DNA of 64,000 bases from the NCBI GenBank assembly GCA_964642385.1, contig CAZXON010000001.1:150532-214531 (forward strand), read 5' to 3'. This DNA comes from an uncultured Candidatus Peribacteria bacterium. Its GTDB lineage: Bacteria > Patescibacteriota > Gracilibacteria > Absconditabacterales > Absconditicoccaceae. Both the position numbers and the translations under genes were made by a program. How positions within the stretch are numbered: position 1 is the stretch's first letter; each line of letters begins with the position of its first letter. Of the stretch, positions 1 through 11,037 are shown in pieces. The notes under the pieces were generated by a model. It was given only the letters and a program-made list of their open reading frames with translations. It was not told the origin of the DNA and searched no databases.

Positions 1-159
1 AACTGCCATCTTTATGAATAGGAATAAAAAAGTATCCTTGCGGATTAGGATAGTGTATTTTTTCGCTTATTAATTGCAATCAAAAATGAAAAAAATGCAG
101 GAAATTAGAATATATTAAATTGCACAAAAGGACTATAACAATAATCGAAAAAATAAAAA

Positions 160-2460
160 TTATTCTTCCTCATTTTCATGGATTAGGTTTACCTCGTTCT
201 CTTTTCAAACCTCATCATAAGCTATTGTTTGGATTCCCTCTGGGACATGTGCTAATTCTTTGAATTTTTTCTTACCCAAGTTCATGTAATCTAAAATCTC
301 CCACAATTTCATCCATCAAATATTTTCCGTATTTGGCATATAAATTCAAATTTTATCAGACCGGTTAGGTAACAAATATGAGTGTTGTTGCTTAGAAAGT
401 CAAAGATTTGAACAAATAAAAAGATTATCTGCAATATATGGGTCATGCAAGTTTTGGGCTATAAGCAAACCTTTTGGTAATTTTGATGTTTTTTGTTTAA
501 CATCCGCATAAAAAATAAATTTACCTTGCTTGATAAAATAATTAATAATTTCAACAATGGTTTTGTCGATATCGACAGAATTTCTTCTATCTCTACACAC
601 GAACTGTGATATGTCTTGCTTGATGCCATTTCAAAAATCAATAATAGAATATTTTTCCCCTTTCCCTGCGACCTGATTCGCCATTTTCTTAAGATGAGTT
701 TCAACCATCCTTGTAATTTGTCTTAGTGGTTTCATGAACATGCTGTTACTCGCTGTATTTATAGCTCTTTCTGCATTCCTAATATTATAATTTGCCAATC
801 ATACATTGTTTTCTAGATCATCAAATTGTAACTCAACTCCTTTTTGTCTAATCTCCCCATCTTGATCTACGTAGTTACAAATTATGTTTTCTTTGAAATC
901 TTTATAAGCACCATTATTTCATCTACTAGATCCCTTAGAAAAATTATCATAATGTTTGCATAGTATGCTCCATTTTTCTGTGTCGGAGTAAACCGTAGGA
1001 TAGTTTGTTTTCATAAGTTGAGTCCATTCTTCTTTTTTGATGTAAGGATTTTCTTTAGGCTGTCTTTTTTGCACTGTTGTTTCTGGCAACAATGTAGAAA
1101 TCGATTTTTGCAGTTCTTCTATTTGATTCTCGTCTAATACTGATTTATTGTCAAATACCACAGATTGAATCATAAATTTTTTCCCTTTAATATCTTGTAA
1201 TAGGTCACTTCAAAAAACATCAGAACTCATATTTACGTTTAATCTTGCCAATCGGTTTTCGCTAATTTCTTTTATGTCGTTAAAATGAGCAGTGTTTGCA
1301 TCTTCTATAGAAACACGAAAACCCATTATATCATTTAGTTTTTTTCCTTCTATAATTTTTTCTATGCATGAAGAAAGTGATTTTAATCTGGCGGTTATGA
1401 TAAAATTATTGCCCGTTTTTTGATTATATGTTTTTACTTCTGTTTTTAGTAACTCAACAGCTTTTTCAAACATTTTCCTGGTAGCAGTACTCCATTGGAA
1501 CGTGGTTGTATCTCTTGAAAGGAAAGCATCTGTATGAAACTCTAAAGATGGGTCTGTGCAAGCCCATAACATATCTGAATATTGTCATGTTTTTTTTGTC
1601 CATTCCGCATCTCAATCTTGTCATCATGTTGAAGATGGATTATGTTTTTTGTGAGAAAGCAGATAACAAAGCACATTCACATATGAGTCAAAAGATTTTA
1701 TTTCATCACTACCAATAAAAGGGAAATCTCCATCGTGAAAAACTTGATTTAGATCACCTCCTCGCTCTTTCCAAACGGTGTTTACGTTGCTAAAAATAGC
1801 CGATATATACTTAAGCGATTTTTGGGATATTGAAACTGTTTCTTTTCAATCTATTTCAACTAGATCAAACGCCTCGTTTCCCAATCTTTCTTGTAATATT
1901 TTTGCGACTTTTGAAATAACATTAAATTTTTCAAGAGAGATATCATCTTTGCTGTTTTTGTGTTCCTTGTGATATCCTCTCAAAAATTTTTCATAAAAAA
2001 GGTGGCTTCTTAGATATTCTATATTTGGTTTGCGTAAATATTCATCAAAAAAATGATTAATTCACTCCTTATATTTTATAAGAATAGTATCATCTGTAAT
2101 ATTCCTTTCAAGGAGATCAAAAAGTTGGTTTTTGACATTGTTTTCATTATATTCGACAGTCGCTCTTTTTATATTTGCTGGATTTGCCAAATACTTATCA
2201 TTTTCCTCTCTCATAAGTTCTCTAATTTTGAATTTTTTGGTGATAGATAATCCTCTGGAAGTCGCTTCTCTTGCCTTATGTATCCTATTTAAAAGCAAGA
2301 GTTCATTTAATGTACATTTAATCTCTTTTTCGAGTTTTCCATATTGTTTTTTTTCTTTTTCTGTGTGTAATATTAGATTGCTTTTATCAGAAAAATTCGA
2401 TTCTTGTGATCAAGGAGCGTCATGTAAGTGGTTTTTTATATTTTTTGGAAGATGGGACAC
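160..2460 (-). CDS. large (~765 aa) protein with a split RelA/SpoT-like nucleotidyltransferase core; no HD hydrolase, TGS or ACT region recognised
   Basis: Track fragments 400-600, 919-1173, 1210-1572 and 2062-2298 share one frame and are separated only by TGA. Hand translation with TGA=Gly is open from ~2550 down to TAA 160-162. Motifs ITARLKSLSSCIEKIIEGKKLNDIMGFRVSIED and GAYKDFKENIICNY..GVELQFDD resemble RSH synthetase strands. There is no in-frame ATG at the 5' end (candidates GTG 2458-2460 or TTG 2518-2520), so the start is uncertain. Confidence 0.55.
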
Positions 2461-2635
2461 TTTTATGCATTTGTAATATAAATAAACATGATTATTGCTA
2501 GTTTTATATATAATACACAAAACAGAGAAAATGTCAATAAAAAGATTCGATTATATAGATGAATAAGCTCAATATTTTTCGATTCTACAAAGAAATAACT
2601 ATACTATAAGTGTGTTTTATAAAAAAACAAAAAAA

Positions 2636-4672
2636 ATGTCATCACTACTCAACCAATATTTTGATACAAACTATACAAACGCCATAAAACAGGGCTGATT
2701 TCCAGAGTATGTTTTACCCAAAACAAATACTCCAACCGGCGAAAAATGATTTTTTAATGAATTTTTTTGATGGATTTTTGGTACAGTAAAAAAGGATAAT
2801 AAGAAGGATGAATTCAATCCAGAACAAGAAAAAACAGATGCAGAGAAATCTAATATTTCACTACAAGAACAACTCAGAGAAATTGTTCGCATACCAGATA
2901 AGGACTATTCGGACAAGATGCTCAGCTCTTCAATGAGAGCATATATACAAGGGGTTGAAAAGGAATATATCGCTTCTCTGTGAGATTATAAATCACACAT
3001 CGCGCCAAGTTATTGGGAAGTCAAAGGGAACATTGCAAACATTTCTGGTCTATATGGCAAAACATACTACGCTGAAAACTACCCTTCTTACATGGAAGCT
3101 CTCTGGACTAGAGACCTTTTTGGGTTTTATAGTAAGTGGGATATGACATGGTTTATTTATCCAGAAGACGACGCATCTATTCAATCAGTTCTAAAAAGAC
3201 GTGCGACACAACTTAAAGCTGAATTGAATGATCTAACAGCAAAAGGAATAACAGTAGATACAGACGTACAGCTAGAATATCGTGACGTGGAAGAGATTAG
3301 ACAAAAACTTGCTACTCGTGAAGAAAGATATTTTGAAGTGTCTCATTATTTTTCTCTCTATACGCCTGAGGAAAAAAAGATGGATGAGGAAGGGAAAAAG
3401 TATGAACAAAAGGCTTCTTGATATGGAATGAGAGTAAAACCAGCCACGCAACGTATGGATGAAGGGATAAAAAGTTGCACACCATTAGGGATTGATGACC
3501 TATGAATCACTAGAAGCATGGTAACCACCTCTCTAGCAGGAGCATTTCCTTTTATCGCAAACGATTTAATTGAACAAACTGGAATTCTGTATGGAATCAA
3601 CCAACAAACCTGATCACTTATTATTTTTGATAGATTTTCAGGTAAACTTCCGAATGCAAATAGTATCGTACTTGCAACATCAGGTGCAGGTAAATCATTT
3701 ACTGTAAAACTAGAAATCCTCAGATATCTATTGCTTGGAATTCCTACGATTGTAATCGATCCGGAGAACGAATACAAAGCGCTTTGTGACAAAGTAGGCG
3801 GTACGTATGTAAATATCGCAATGAACTCTTCGCAATATATAAACCCTTTTGATCTACCTCCGAAATTAGAAGACTCAGAATACTGACCTTGAGACCTATT
3901 AAGATCACAAATTGCAAGTTTAATCTGAATGATTTCAGTGCTAATCAACGGTTTGAATGCTGAAGAAGAAGCACTTCTGGATAAGGCATTACAATCAACG
4001 TATGCTTTGAAAGAGATCACTCTTGATCGCTCTGACTACTCTGACAAAAAACCACCATTGATGGAAGATCTAATAAATGTACTTGAAGGTATGGAATGAG
4101 GCAATCTCCTTGCGGTAAAATTAAGCAAATATTCTAGCGGAACATTTTGAAAACTCTTTAACAACCCGACAAACGTTAATCTAGATAGTCCTCTAACTGT
4201 TTTTAGTATAAGAGATATTGAAGAATCTCTAAAAACACCAGCGATGTACAACGTTCTTAATTATATCTGGGCAATGATTAGATCCAGAAAACAAAAAAGA
4301 TTGCTTGTGGTAGATGAGGCATGGATTATGATGAAAAACGAAATATCAGCCAGCTTTTTATTCGGTATGATAAAAAGAGCAAGGAAATATGGGCTCGGCA
4401 TCAGTACTATTTCACAAGACATTGAAGATTTCGCGAATTCCAACTATGGTAAACCGATTATTTCCAACTCAGCAACACAAATTTTGCTTAAACAATCAAC
4501 CGCTTCTATCAAAACATTAGATCAACTCATAGGGCTATCAGACGCAGAAAAAGAACGTCTTATATCAGCGTGAATTGGGGAAGGACTACTGTTTGCAGGG
4601 AGCCATCATATTGGAGCAAAGATTATCGCTTCAGCATATGAAAAAGAATTTATCACTACAAATGTAAAATAA
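2636..4672 (+). CDS. virB4: VirB4/TrbE-family type IV secretion/conjugation ATPase (678 aa)
   Basis: ATG 2636. Track pieces 3092-3421 and 4244-4573 are in the same frame and join across TGA. Walker A LATSGAGKSFT, Walker B RLLVVDEAW, STISQD. TAA 4670-4672 overlaps the next ATG. Confidence 0.85.
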
Positions 4673-5052
4673 TGAGTCCAGAAAATCAAAATAGTATGAT
4701 TGAGACCAAACAGTTGGTGGCTCTTGCCTCGGTGTTGTTTCTTGCTCCAGCGATAAAACCAACATTGGAAGCAAACAATATTACCTTTTCGGAACAAGAC
4801 AAACCTTTTATAGAAAGCTATCTTCAATATGGTAATTATCTATTGTATGCTCTTGGCGGTAGTCTATTCATGTTGCTACTAGGCAAGTATGTATTTCAAA
4901 ATAAAATTTTTGTTGATATCTCACAAGCAGTTGCTGCTTTTGTAATAATTGCTGTTTTGCTCGGTATCTTCGCAATCTTTCGCAAAAAACAAATAATTAT
5001 TGATAAAAAAATAACACGAAACAACATCATGTCACTTGTAGAAAAAAAATAA
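4672..5052 (+). CDS. small polytopic membrane protein (126 aa), function unknown
   Basis: Intact ORF in the track, translationally coupled to the VirB4 stop (TAATG). Three hydrophobic helices. No TGA codons. Confidence 0.6.
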   Translation: MSPENQNSMIETKQLVALASVLFLAPAIKPTLEANNITFSEQDKPFIESYLQYGNYLLYALGGSLFMLLLGKYVFQNKIFVDISQAVAAFVIIAVLLGIFAIFRKKQIIIDKKITRNNIMSLVEKK

Positions 5053-5080
5053 AAATATATTTAAAAATAACTTATCATCC

Positions 5081-6028
5081 ATGAAAAAAACAATCATTAC
5101 TCTTCTGGGAATCATAGCATTTGGAAGCATTTGACTACCAACTTTTGCGGTTAGTACATGATATCTAGAGGCACTTGATCTAAGCACATCATGATTAGAC
5201 AACACGCCCGTACAAACAACTTATGATTGAGCTGAGGAAGGTGGTAGAAGTGCTGTTACCAAGGTTATCATATCAGTGCTTACGAAGATACTTCTTCCTC
5301 TAATGATTTTCTTTGGTATTGCTCAGGCGATGTTTGGGTTTTATAGTATTATGACATCAACAAGCGACGATGCAAAAAAGAAAGGAATGAACTATATTAT
5401 ATGGGGTGTAGTAGGAATTATATTAATCAGCTCCGCAAGTTTCCTTGCATATACGCTCTATGGTTGAGCTGGTGGATGATGAATATTTAGAGACAATAAT
5501 TGATTGACACTTTCTTGACCGGAGATTGCTAGTAATCTGTACAGCAAAATGATATTCCCATTTGTTAGATTTTTGATGTATTTTATAATGGGCTTGTTGT
5601 TTGTTATCGCACTGGTGCGCGCAATCAATTTACTTTTAAGCAATAAAGACGAATGAGCGAAACAAGCAGGCGCCATCCTTAAGCGAAACGCATTTGGTCT
5701 TCTCGTTATCATTTTTTCAAAAGCTCTGATTGAGGCTGTTTATGGAAAAGAAGAAGAGGTGGTAAATTTATATGCTACAACACTTTCTTCTATATGATGA
5801 GGTGTGGATAAAAACGTTCCTTTCGTATTCACAATTATAAACTATTTAATGTGATTTATAGGGATTTTTCTCCTTGTGATGATTATCATTCAGGCAGTAC
5901 AAATACTGACAAAACCTACTGACGAAGCAATGCAAAAGAAACTGAGAAAAAATATTATTTATATTTTGATATGATTGGTTGTTATGTGACTTTCATATGT
6001 AATCACAAATGTGTTTATCGTCAGATAA
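5081..6028 (+). CDS. membrane protein made of three tandem VirB2/TrbC-pilin-like two-helix modules (315 aa)
   Basis: ATG 5081 with signal peptide MKKTIITLLGIIAFGS. Track piece 5276-5467 is in frame. Three repeats follow the pattern hydrophobic helix, short polar loop (..TSTSDDAKKKG.. / ..SNKDEGAKQAG.. / ..TKPTDEAMQKL..), hydrophobic helix. TAA 6026-6028. Confidence 0.6.
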
Positions 6029-6055
6029 ATATGTAGAATAATCTTATAGAAAAAA

Positions 6056-6083
6056 CCCCCGCAATATGTTCGGGGTTTTTTTT
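6056..6083 (+). terminator. intrinsic terminator after the VirB2-like gene
   Basis: CCCCG..(loop)..CGGGG stem followed by a T8 run (approximate coordinates). Confidence 0.7.
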
Positions 6084-6172
6084 AAACATACCTCTGAACG
6101 AGCCGCTTTTATCTGCTTGTAAAAAAAACGAAGCGGTGTGTTAGTTAATTATGAATCATTAATCATTAAACC
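6084..6172 (+). repeat. partial copy of the CTCTGAACGAG intergenic element plus TTAATCATTAA box
   Basis: acatacCTCTGAACGAGccgcttttatCTGCTTGtaaaaaaaaCGAAGcggtgtg followed by ttagttaattatgaatcattaatcattaaa. Aligns with the copies at 21733, 29842, 46283, 49175 and 61283. Confidence 0.6.
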
Positions 6173-6195
6173 AATCTATATACCCTATTCGCCTG

Positions 6196-7503
6196 TTAAG
6201 AAATTTTTTCAAAAGGGATTTTTTTGTGTCAAATAGGACGATATTCAGCATATCCCAAAGCCAATCATCGCGTTATAAAATATAGGTAGTTGACCATGCT
6301 ATCTTCTAACACATGCAAAAATAATCACTCTATCATCAAACCGATAAATCAAACGCTGAGAAAAAAGACCACATTACGATATTCTTTATTGTGTATATAC
6401 AAATCACGAGATTTATATAATAATACTATCCACATTACTCCCCAGAGGACAAATCCCAAAATTCCCATATCCATCATTATCTGTACAAAAAAATTCTCTG
6501 GTAGATATCATCATTGCGATAGAGAACTTGGTCAACTCGATCACAATCAAAACCCTCGTGGCGCATGAGAAACATACTGCAAGCTAGAAAATTTTGCTTG
6601 TAAGTGCGCTATAGTAGACTCTCGCTTCAGAAAACTTAGCATCCCAACGGTTGCGACTCAAGCAACAATAGCCCACGCAATAATTTTCCTCTCAGTGTGA
6701 TAAACAACATAACTAATCAAAATAACTTGTATCAACATTCACAATATCGCTCCCCTTGAAAATGTAGCTAAAAGCGTTGCTATATATAATGCCCACAACA
6801 GTACTTTTACATTTTTTTTGGAAACATAATGTCTAATTCCAAACCAATACAATCAAAAGAAAGCTACCAAAAAATATCCGTAATTATTTGGTCCCGAAAA
6901 AATTCCACTCAATCTTTGGAATCCCTGCGGTCAAGTTAGATAATACAAAGGTGGATTGCTTCCAAACACATAGTCACCCAAAGGACCATACCCAAATTGC
7001 ATAAAAAAATCAGGAAAAATATTTTTGGCAATCTGCCATATCCATCCAGCCACAATAATAACGATTGTACCAATTCGCACCAAATGAATAATCTTTTTGA
7101 AAGCAGTTCATCAAGATATCTCTGAGCTTTTTTTTAGATATAATCCCAGGTATATCGCACTAAAAAATGGTAGTAGATAATATAATGAGTATTTTATACC
7201 AACAAATATTTGATTAGTCAAAACACCAAGGCAAATTGAAACGATTATCCCCATCACTACCAACGCTAGTGCAATTACCAACGGCCATCCCCATCTATAA
7301 AAAAATTTATTCCAAATCTCTCTCCCCCATCATTTAGTCCAAAACCCATCTAGTAGAAAAACTCAGATCGCCACTATCCAACCTAAATCTCTTATAAGCA
7401 ACAGAACATACGGTGACAGCCACCCCTGGCCAAATGAAAAATATGTCACAAGAATGTGGTAAAGCGAGACAAATGAGAAAAAAAATATCAAAAACTTACG
7501 CAT
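6196..7503 (-). CDS. O-antigen ligase/Wzy_C-family polytopic membrane protein (435 aa)
   Basis: ATG at 7503. Code-25 translation is open to TAA 6196-6198, with the frame checked at three points. ATFSRGAILG and ENFFVQIMMDMGILGFVLWG match Wzy_C hallmarks. About 15 TGA codons explain its absence from the track. Confidence 0.75.
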
Positions 7504-7570
7504 GTGGGAAATGGTAGAGATTCAAGACAAAAATACAAGATGTTGCAAAAACAAAAAAAAACCGTAGATT

Positions 7571-8557
7571 ATGCCTATGACAATAAATATGTTCCTATTC
7601 TTAGCAATTTTTTTTGTACTAGGCTTGATCTTTGGATCGTTTGGCTCGGTTATTTCTAGCAGACTTGCGGATTTTTCGTTTAGCGACATTTTTGGAAGTG
7701 CAGAAAACAAAGCACACAAAAAACGGAAAGAAGCGATACAAACAATTCTTCGATGACGCTCTCAGTGTCCTAGCTGCAAACACACACTTCACACAAAAGA
7801 TCTAATCCCCTTGGTTAGCTATATAAGCACAGGAGGAAAATGTCGCTACTGTAAGAAAAAAATATCGCCAATATATGTTTGGCGAGAAATTGGATGTGGG
7901 TTACTATTTGTGGTGTTGGGTGGATTGGTTCTATCTCAAACCTGAGGTGTTTCACTCACAATTTGTATTTTGTGGTTATTACTTATTCGAACATCATATT
8001 TGTTGTTGATACATGACGTAGAAACGATGAACCTCCACGAACCATTGCGACTTCTAACCGCATTGCTTTCAGCGCTCTTTGTAGCAAATCTGCCTGGATC
8101 ATTTTTCTGACAAACCAATGCCGTAGCATGATTTGGTGGCCGATATTATGCGCTCGTTTTTGGATTAGTATTTTTAGGGTTTTTTCTCGCTTTCTACTGG
8201 TTCGCGAGATGGTATGTTGCGCGAAGATTGAAACGCGACAACGTATCATTATGATTTGATGGAGAATGATTTGGTTCTGGCGATGTATGGGTTGCACCTC
8301 TTTTGGGGATACAATTTGGCGCTCGAGAGTACTTTTTACAAGTTCAGTCAATTACGAATCTAGAAGGATTCTCACGAGTATTGGCAATAGAACATTTCAG
8401 TTACTATATCATCCTAGCTGGCGTATTGTGTCTCATATACGCAGGTTTACAAAAGCTCTATAAACCTAGTAAATCCATACGTCAATTGCCATTTTTTGCA
8501 GGCATGATAACTGCTATTTGGGCGATAATGATTTTGACACACACCTGAATGATATAA
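7571..8557 (+). CDS. pilD: prepilin peptidase (A24 family, PilD/ComC-like)
   Basis: Track ORFs 7571-7756 and 8303-8548 join across TGA. Zinc-ribbon region GRSQCPSCKHTL..LIPLVSYISTGGKCRYCKKKISPIY. Second catalytic region ..GFGSGDVWVAPLLG. TAA 8555-8557. Confidence 0.85.
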
Positions 8558-8612
8558 TTTTGTCCTAGTTTTTTCCCTTTCTTTATAGATAGTTTTTCGT
8601 ATATTTTTTTTA

Positions 8613-10292
8613 ATGAATTACAATATCCACTGTGAAAAAGAAGACAACAATATACCACTAAAAGAAAGATTATTAAAAGCAAGAAACATTTCTGACAGCC
8701 CAGATGATTTCTTTAATCCTACTTTTTCTCGTTATCGACAATCGCCACGAGAGATACATGACATGGAAAAAGCAGTTGCGAGAATCATACAATCGATTGA
8801 GAAAAAAGAAAAAATTATGATATTTGGAGACTACGATGTCGATGGCGTTTGTTCTAGTTTTTCACTGTACAAATTTTTCAAAGAATTCTTGCACTACCCC
8901 GACATAAGCATTAGACTCCCACATAGATTGGATGATGGATATGGGATAAAAACATACCATTTGGATGAAATCCACGCCGTAGGCGTCAACTTGGTTATCA
9001 CAGTGGACAACGGCATCACTGCGATACAAGAAGCGAAACATGCGAAAGAATTATGATTAGATTTGATTATTACCGACCATCACAAACAACTACAAGAAAT
9101 TCCTGATGCTCTTGCGGTGGTAAATCCACAAATATCCGAGAATGTCCGCTTCAAAGAAATATGCGGAACAACGGTAGCATTCAAAGTAATACAGGCCCTC
9201 ACCGAGCGTCTCATAACCGATCAAAAAGTGAAAAATAACATATTTCATTATTTTTTACCACTTGTGACGATCGCAACTGTCGCCGATTGTATGCCACTTC
9301 TTGACGAAAATAGGCTTCTTGTAAAATACTGATTACACTGTATCAACGCAAAAAAATGAATTCCTCCTTCTATCCAATGATTTATTGATTCGTTAAAAAT
9401 AAAATGACCACTTGAGACATATCATATAAGTTTCATGGTTGCGCCCAGGTTAAACGCATGATGAAGAGTGCAAACGCCATATGAAAGTTTGTACACATTG
9501 ATGTTTAGCTGAGAAAAACAAGCAACATACATTGAGAATTTAGAAAAGCTAAACACCCAAAGAAAAAAATTGCAAGAAGATAGCGCGAAAACCGCAGAAA
9601 CCATGATCAATCCAGAAGATCCGTTTATCCTTGTGTGAGACAAAACATTTCATGAAGGAATTATTTGAATTGTCGCAGGAAGACTCGCAGAAAAATACAA
9701 CAAACCAACCATCATCTATGCAGAAAACGAGGAAACCGGCTTCGCCGTGGCTTCGCTTCGCTCGCCAGAATACGCAAGCGTGATTGATTTACTCTATGCA
9801 AGTAGTGACCTCTTAGAGCGCTACGGTGGCCATAAACAAGCGGGTTGACTAACAATAAAAATAGAAAATATTCCTGCGTTTCATCAGACGATTACAACTT
9901 TTTCACAACAACGACTGTTGACCTCAAAAGAAAAAAAATATGAAATTGATAGCATCCTATATCCTCACGAATACACAAGTGAAAGTCTAGAAATAGCAAA
10001 CAGTTTCGCTCCATTCGGGGAAGGCAATAAGGAACCAACTTTTTTCTTTGAACATGTATTGGTAGAAAAAATAGAAAAAGTCGGCAAAAATGGAAATGGA
10101 CATTTGAAAATACACGCTCGCTATGAAGACACAGCAATCAACGCTCTTTTTCGATGAGCAGGAGCTGACGTTGAACAATTGAAACCATGAATGATTGTGA
10201 ATCTTATCGGGACGCTCCAAAAAGATGACTACCGTGGTGGTGTTTATATAAAAGGAACAGATTGGGAAATCGTATGAAGTGACGAACAATAA
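8613..10292 (+). CDS. recJ: single-stranded-DNA-specific exonuclease RecJ (559 aa)
   Basis: Track pieces 8613-9056, 9063-9332 and 9918-10157 are all in one frame. DHH motifs FGDYDVDG, ITVDNGI and ITDHH. APRLNAGGR and HEGIIGIVAGRL have Gly at TGA codons. TAA 10290-10292. Confidence 0.92.
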
Positions 10293-10445
10293 GACAGAGT
10301 TAGCCTTTTGTAGTGCACATTTTGCAGTACAATTTTGACTCTCCACAATTGAATAGTTTTTACAGATGACTTGACATTTGAAACAAAATAACTATGATAA
10401 TCAAGTAGTAAACAAAAAAATAACAAACAAATAAAAAAATTGACT

Positions 10446-10817
10446 ATGAAAAACAAACAGTATTATGCGTTGACAGAAAGCTGGCTACAAAATCCAGCAA
10501 ATGAAAAAATCGTTGCTGAATTACAAAGAAGATTCAATGACGAACTAATTGAAAATTTCATTCTTTTCTTCTTTGGCCCTCTTTTGAGAGCAGCACAAGA
10601 AAGCGGGATGCGAAAAACGGAATTTGAAAGGCCACTAAAAAGCATCATAGAACTTGCGAAAATTGCAGGGCTCTTTGATGTCTGCAGAGAAATCTTTCAG
10701 GAAATCAATGCATCAGCTATGTTGAGTGCTCTTGCTAGAGCAACGTACAACGAGTACAAAGCAAAAGGATCCAGCTTCACATACGAGAGGTTTCTAGCCT
10801 ATATCGGTGTGATCTAA
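10446..10817 (+). CDS. hypothetical protein (123 aa)
   Basis: Intact ORF (track 10440-10817; the first ATG is at 10446). A strong terminator follows. Confidence 0.55.
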   Translation: MKNKQYYALTESWLQNPANEKIVAELQRRFNDELIENFILFFFGPLLRAAQESGMRKTEFERPLKSIIELAKIAGLFDVCREIFQEINASAMLSALARATYNEYKAKGSSFTYERFLAYIGVI

Positions 10818-10838
10818 AACCACTGTAGCAAAAAATTT

Positions 10839-10870
10839 AGAACCGCGTTTTTTTAGCGGTTCTTTTTTTT
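10839..10870 (+). terminator. intrinsic terminator
   Basis: AGAACCGC..GCGGTTCT stem followed by a T8 run. Confidence 0.75.
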
Positions 10871-11037
10871 AACAAGAAATTATTTGTAAAATATATTAAG
10901 ATGTAATTTTTAGCGTCTTCTACTGCTATGACAGAACTTTTCTACTAGTATTTCCTCCTTTTCTGTATTATTTTGCTCACTTTTAACCGCCAGTTTCTTT
11001 CAATCTGCTGTTAATGCGGATATATTTTTTAAAAAAA

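Noticed and set aside
3358-4020. Long antisense or off-frame track ORFs: 3358-4020 (-), 12577-13038 (+), 17302-17679 (-), 21987-22211 (+), 30109-30737 (-), 36832-37286 (-), 42121-42432 (+), 52790-53239 (-), 55829-56134 (+).
   Set aside because: Each overlaps a strongly supported code-25 gene on the other strand or in another frame. Their sequences are low-complexity or hydrophobic, with no recognisable motifs.
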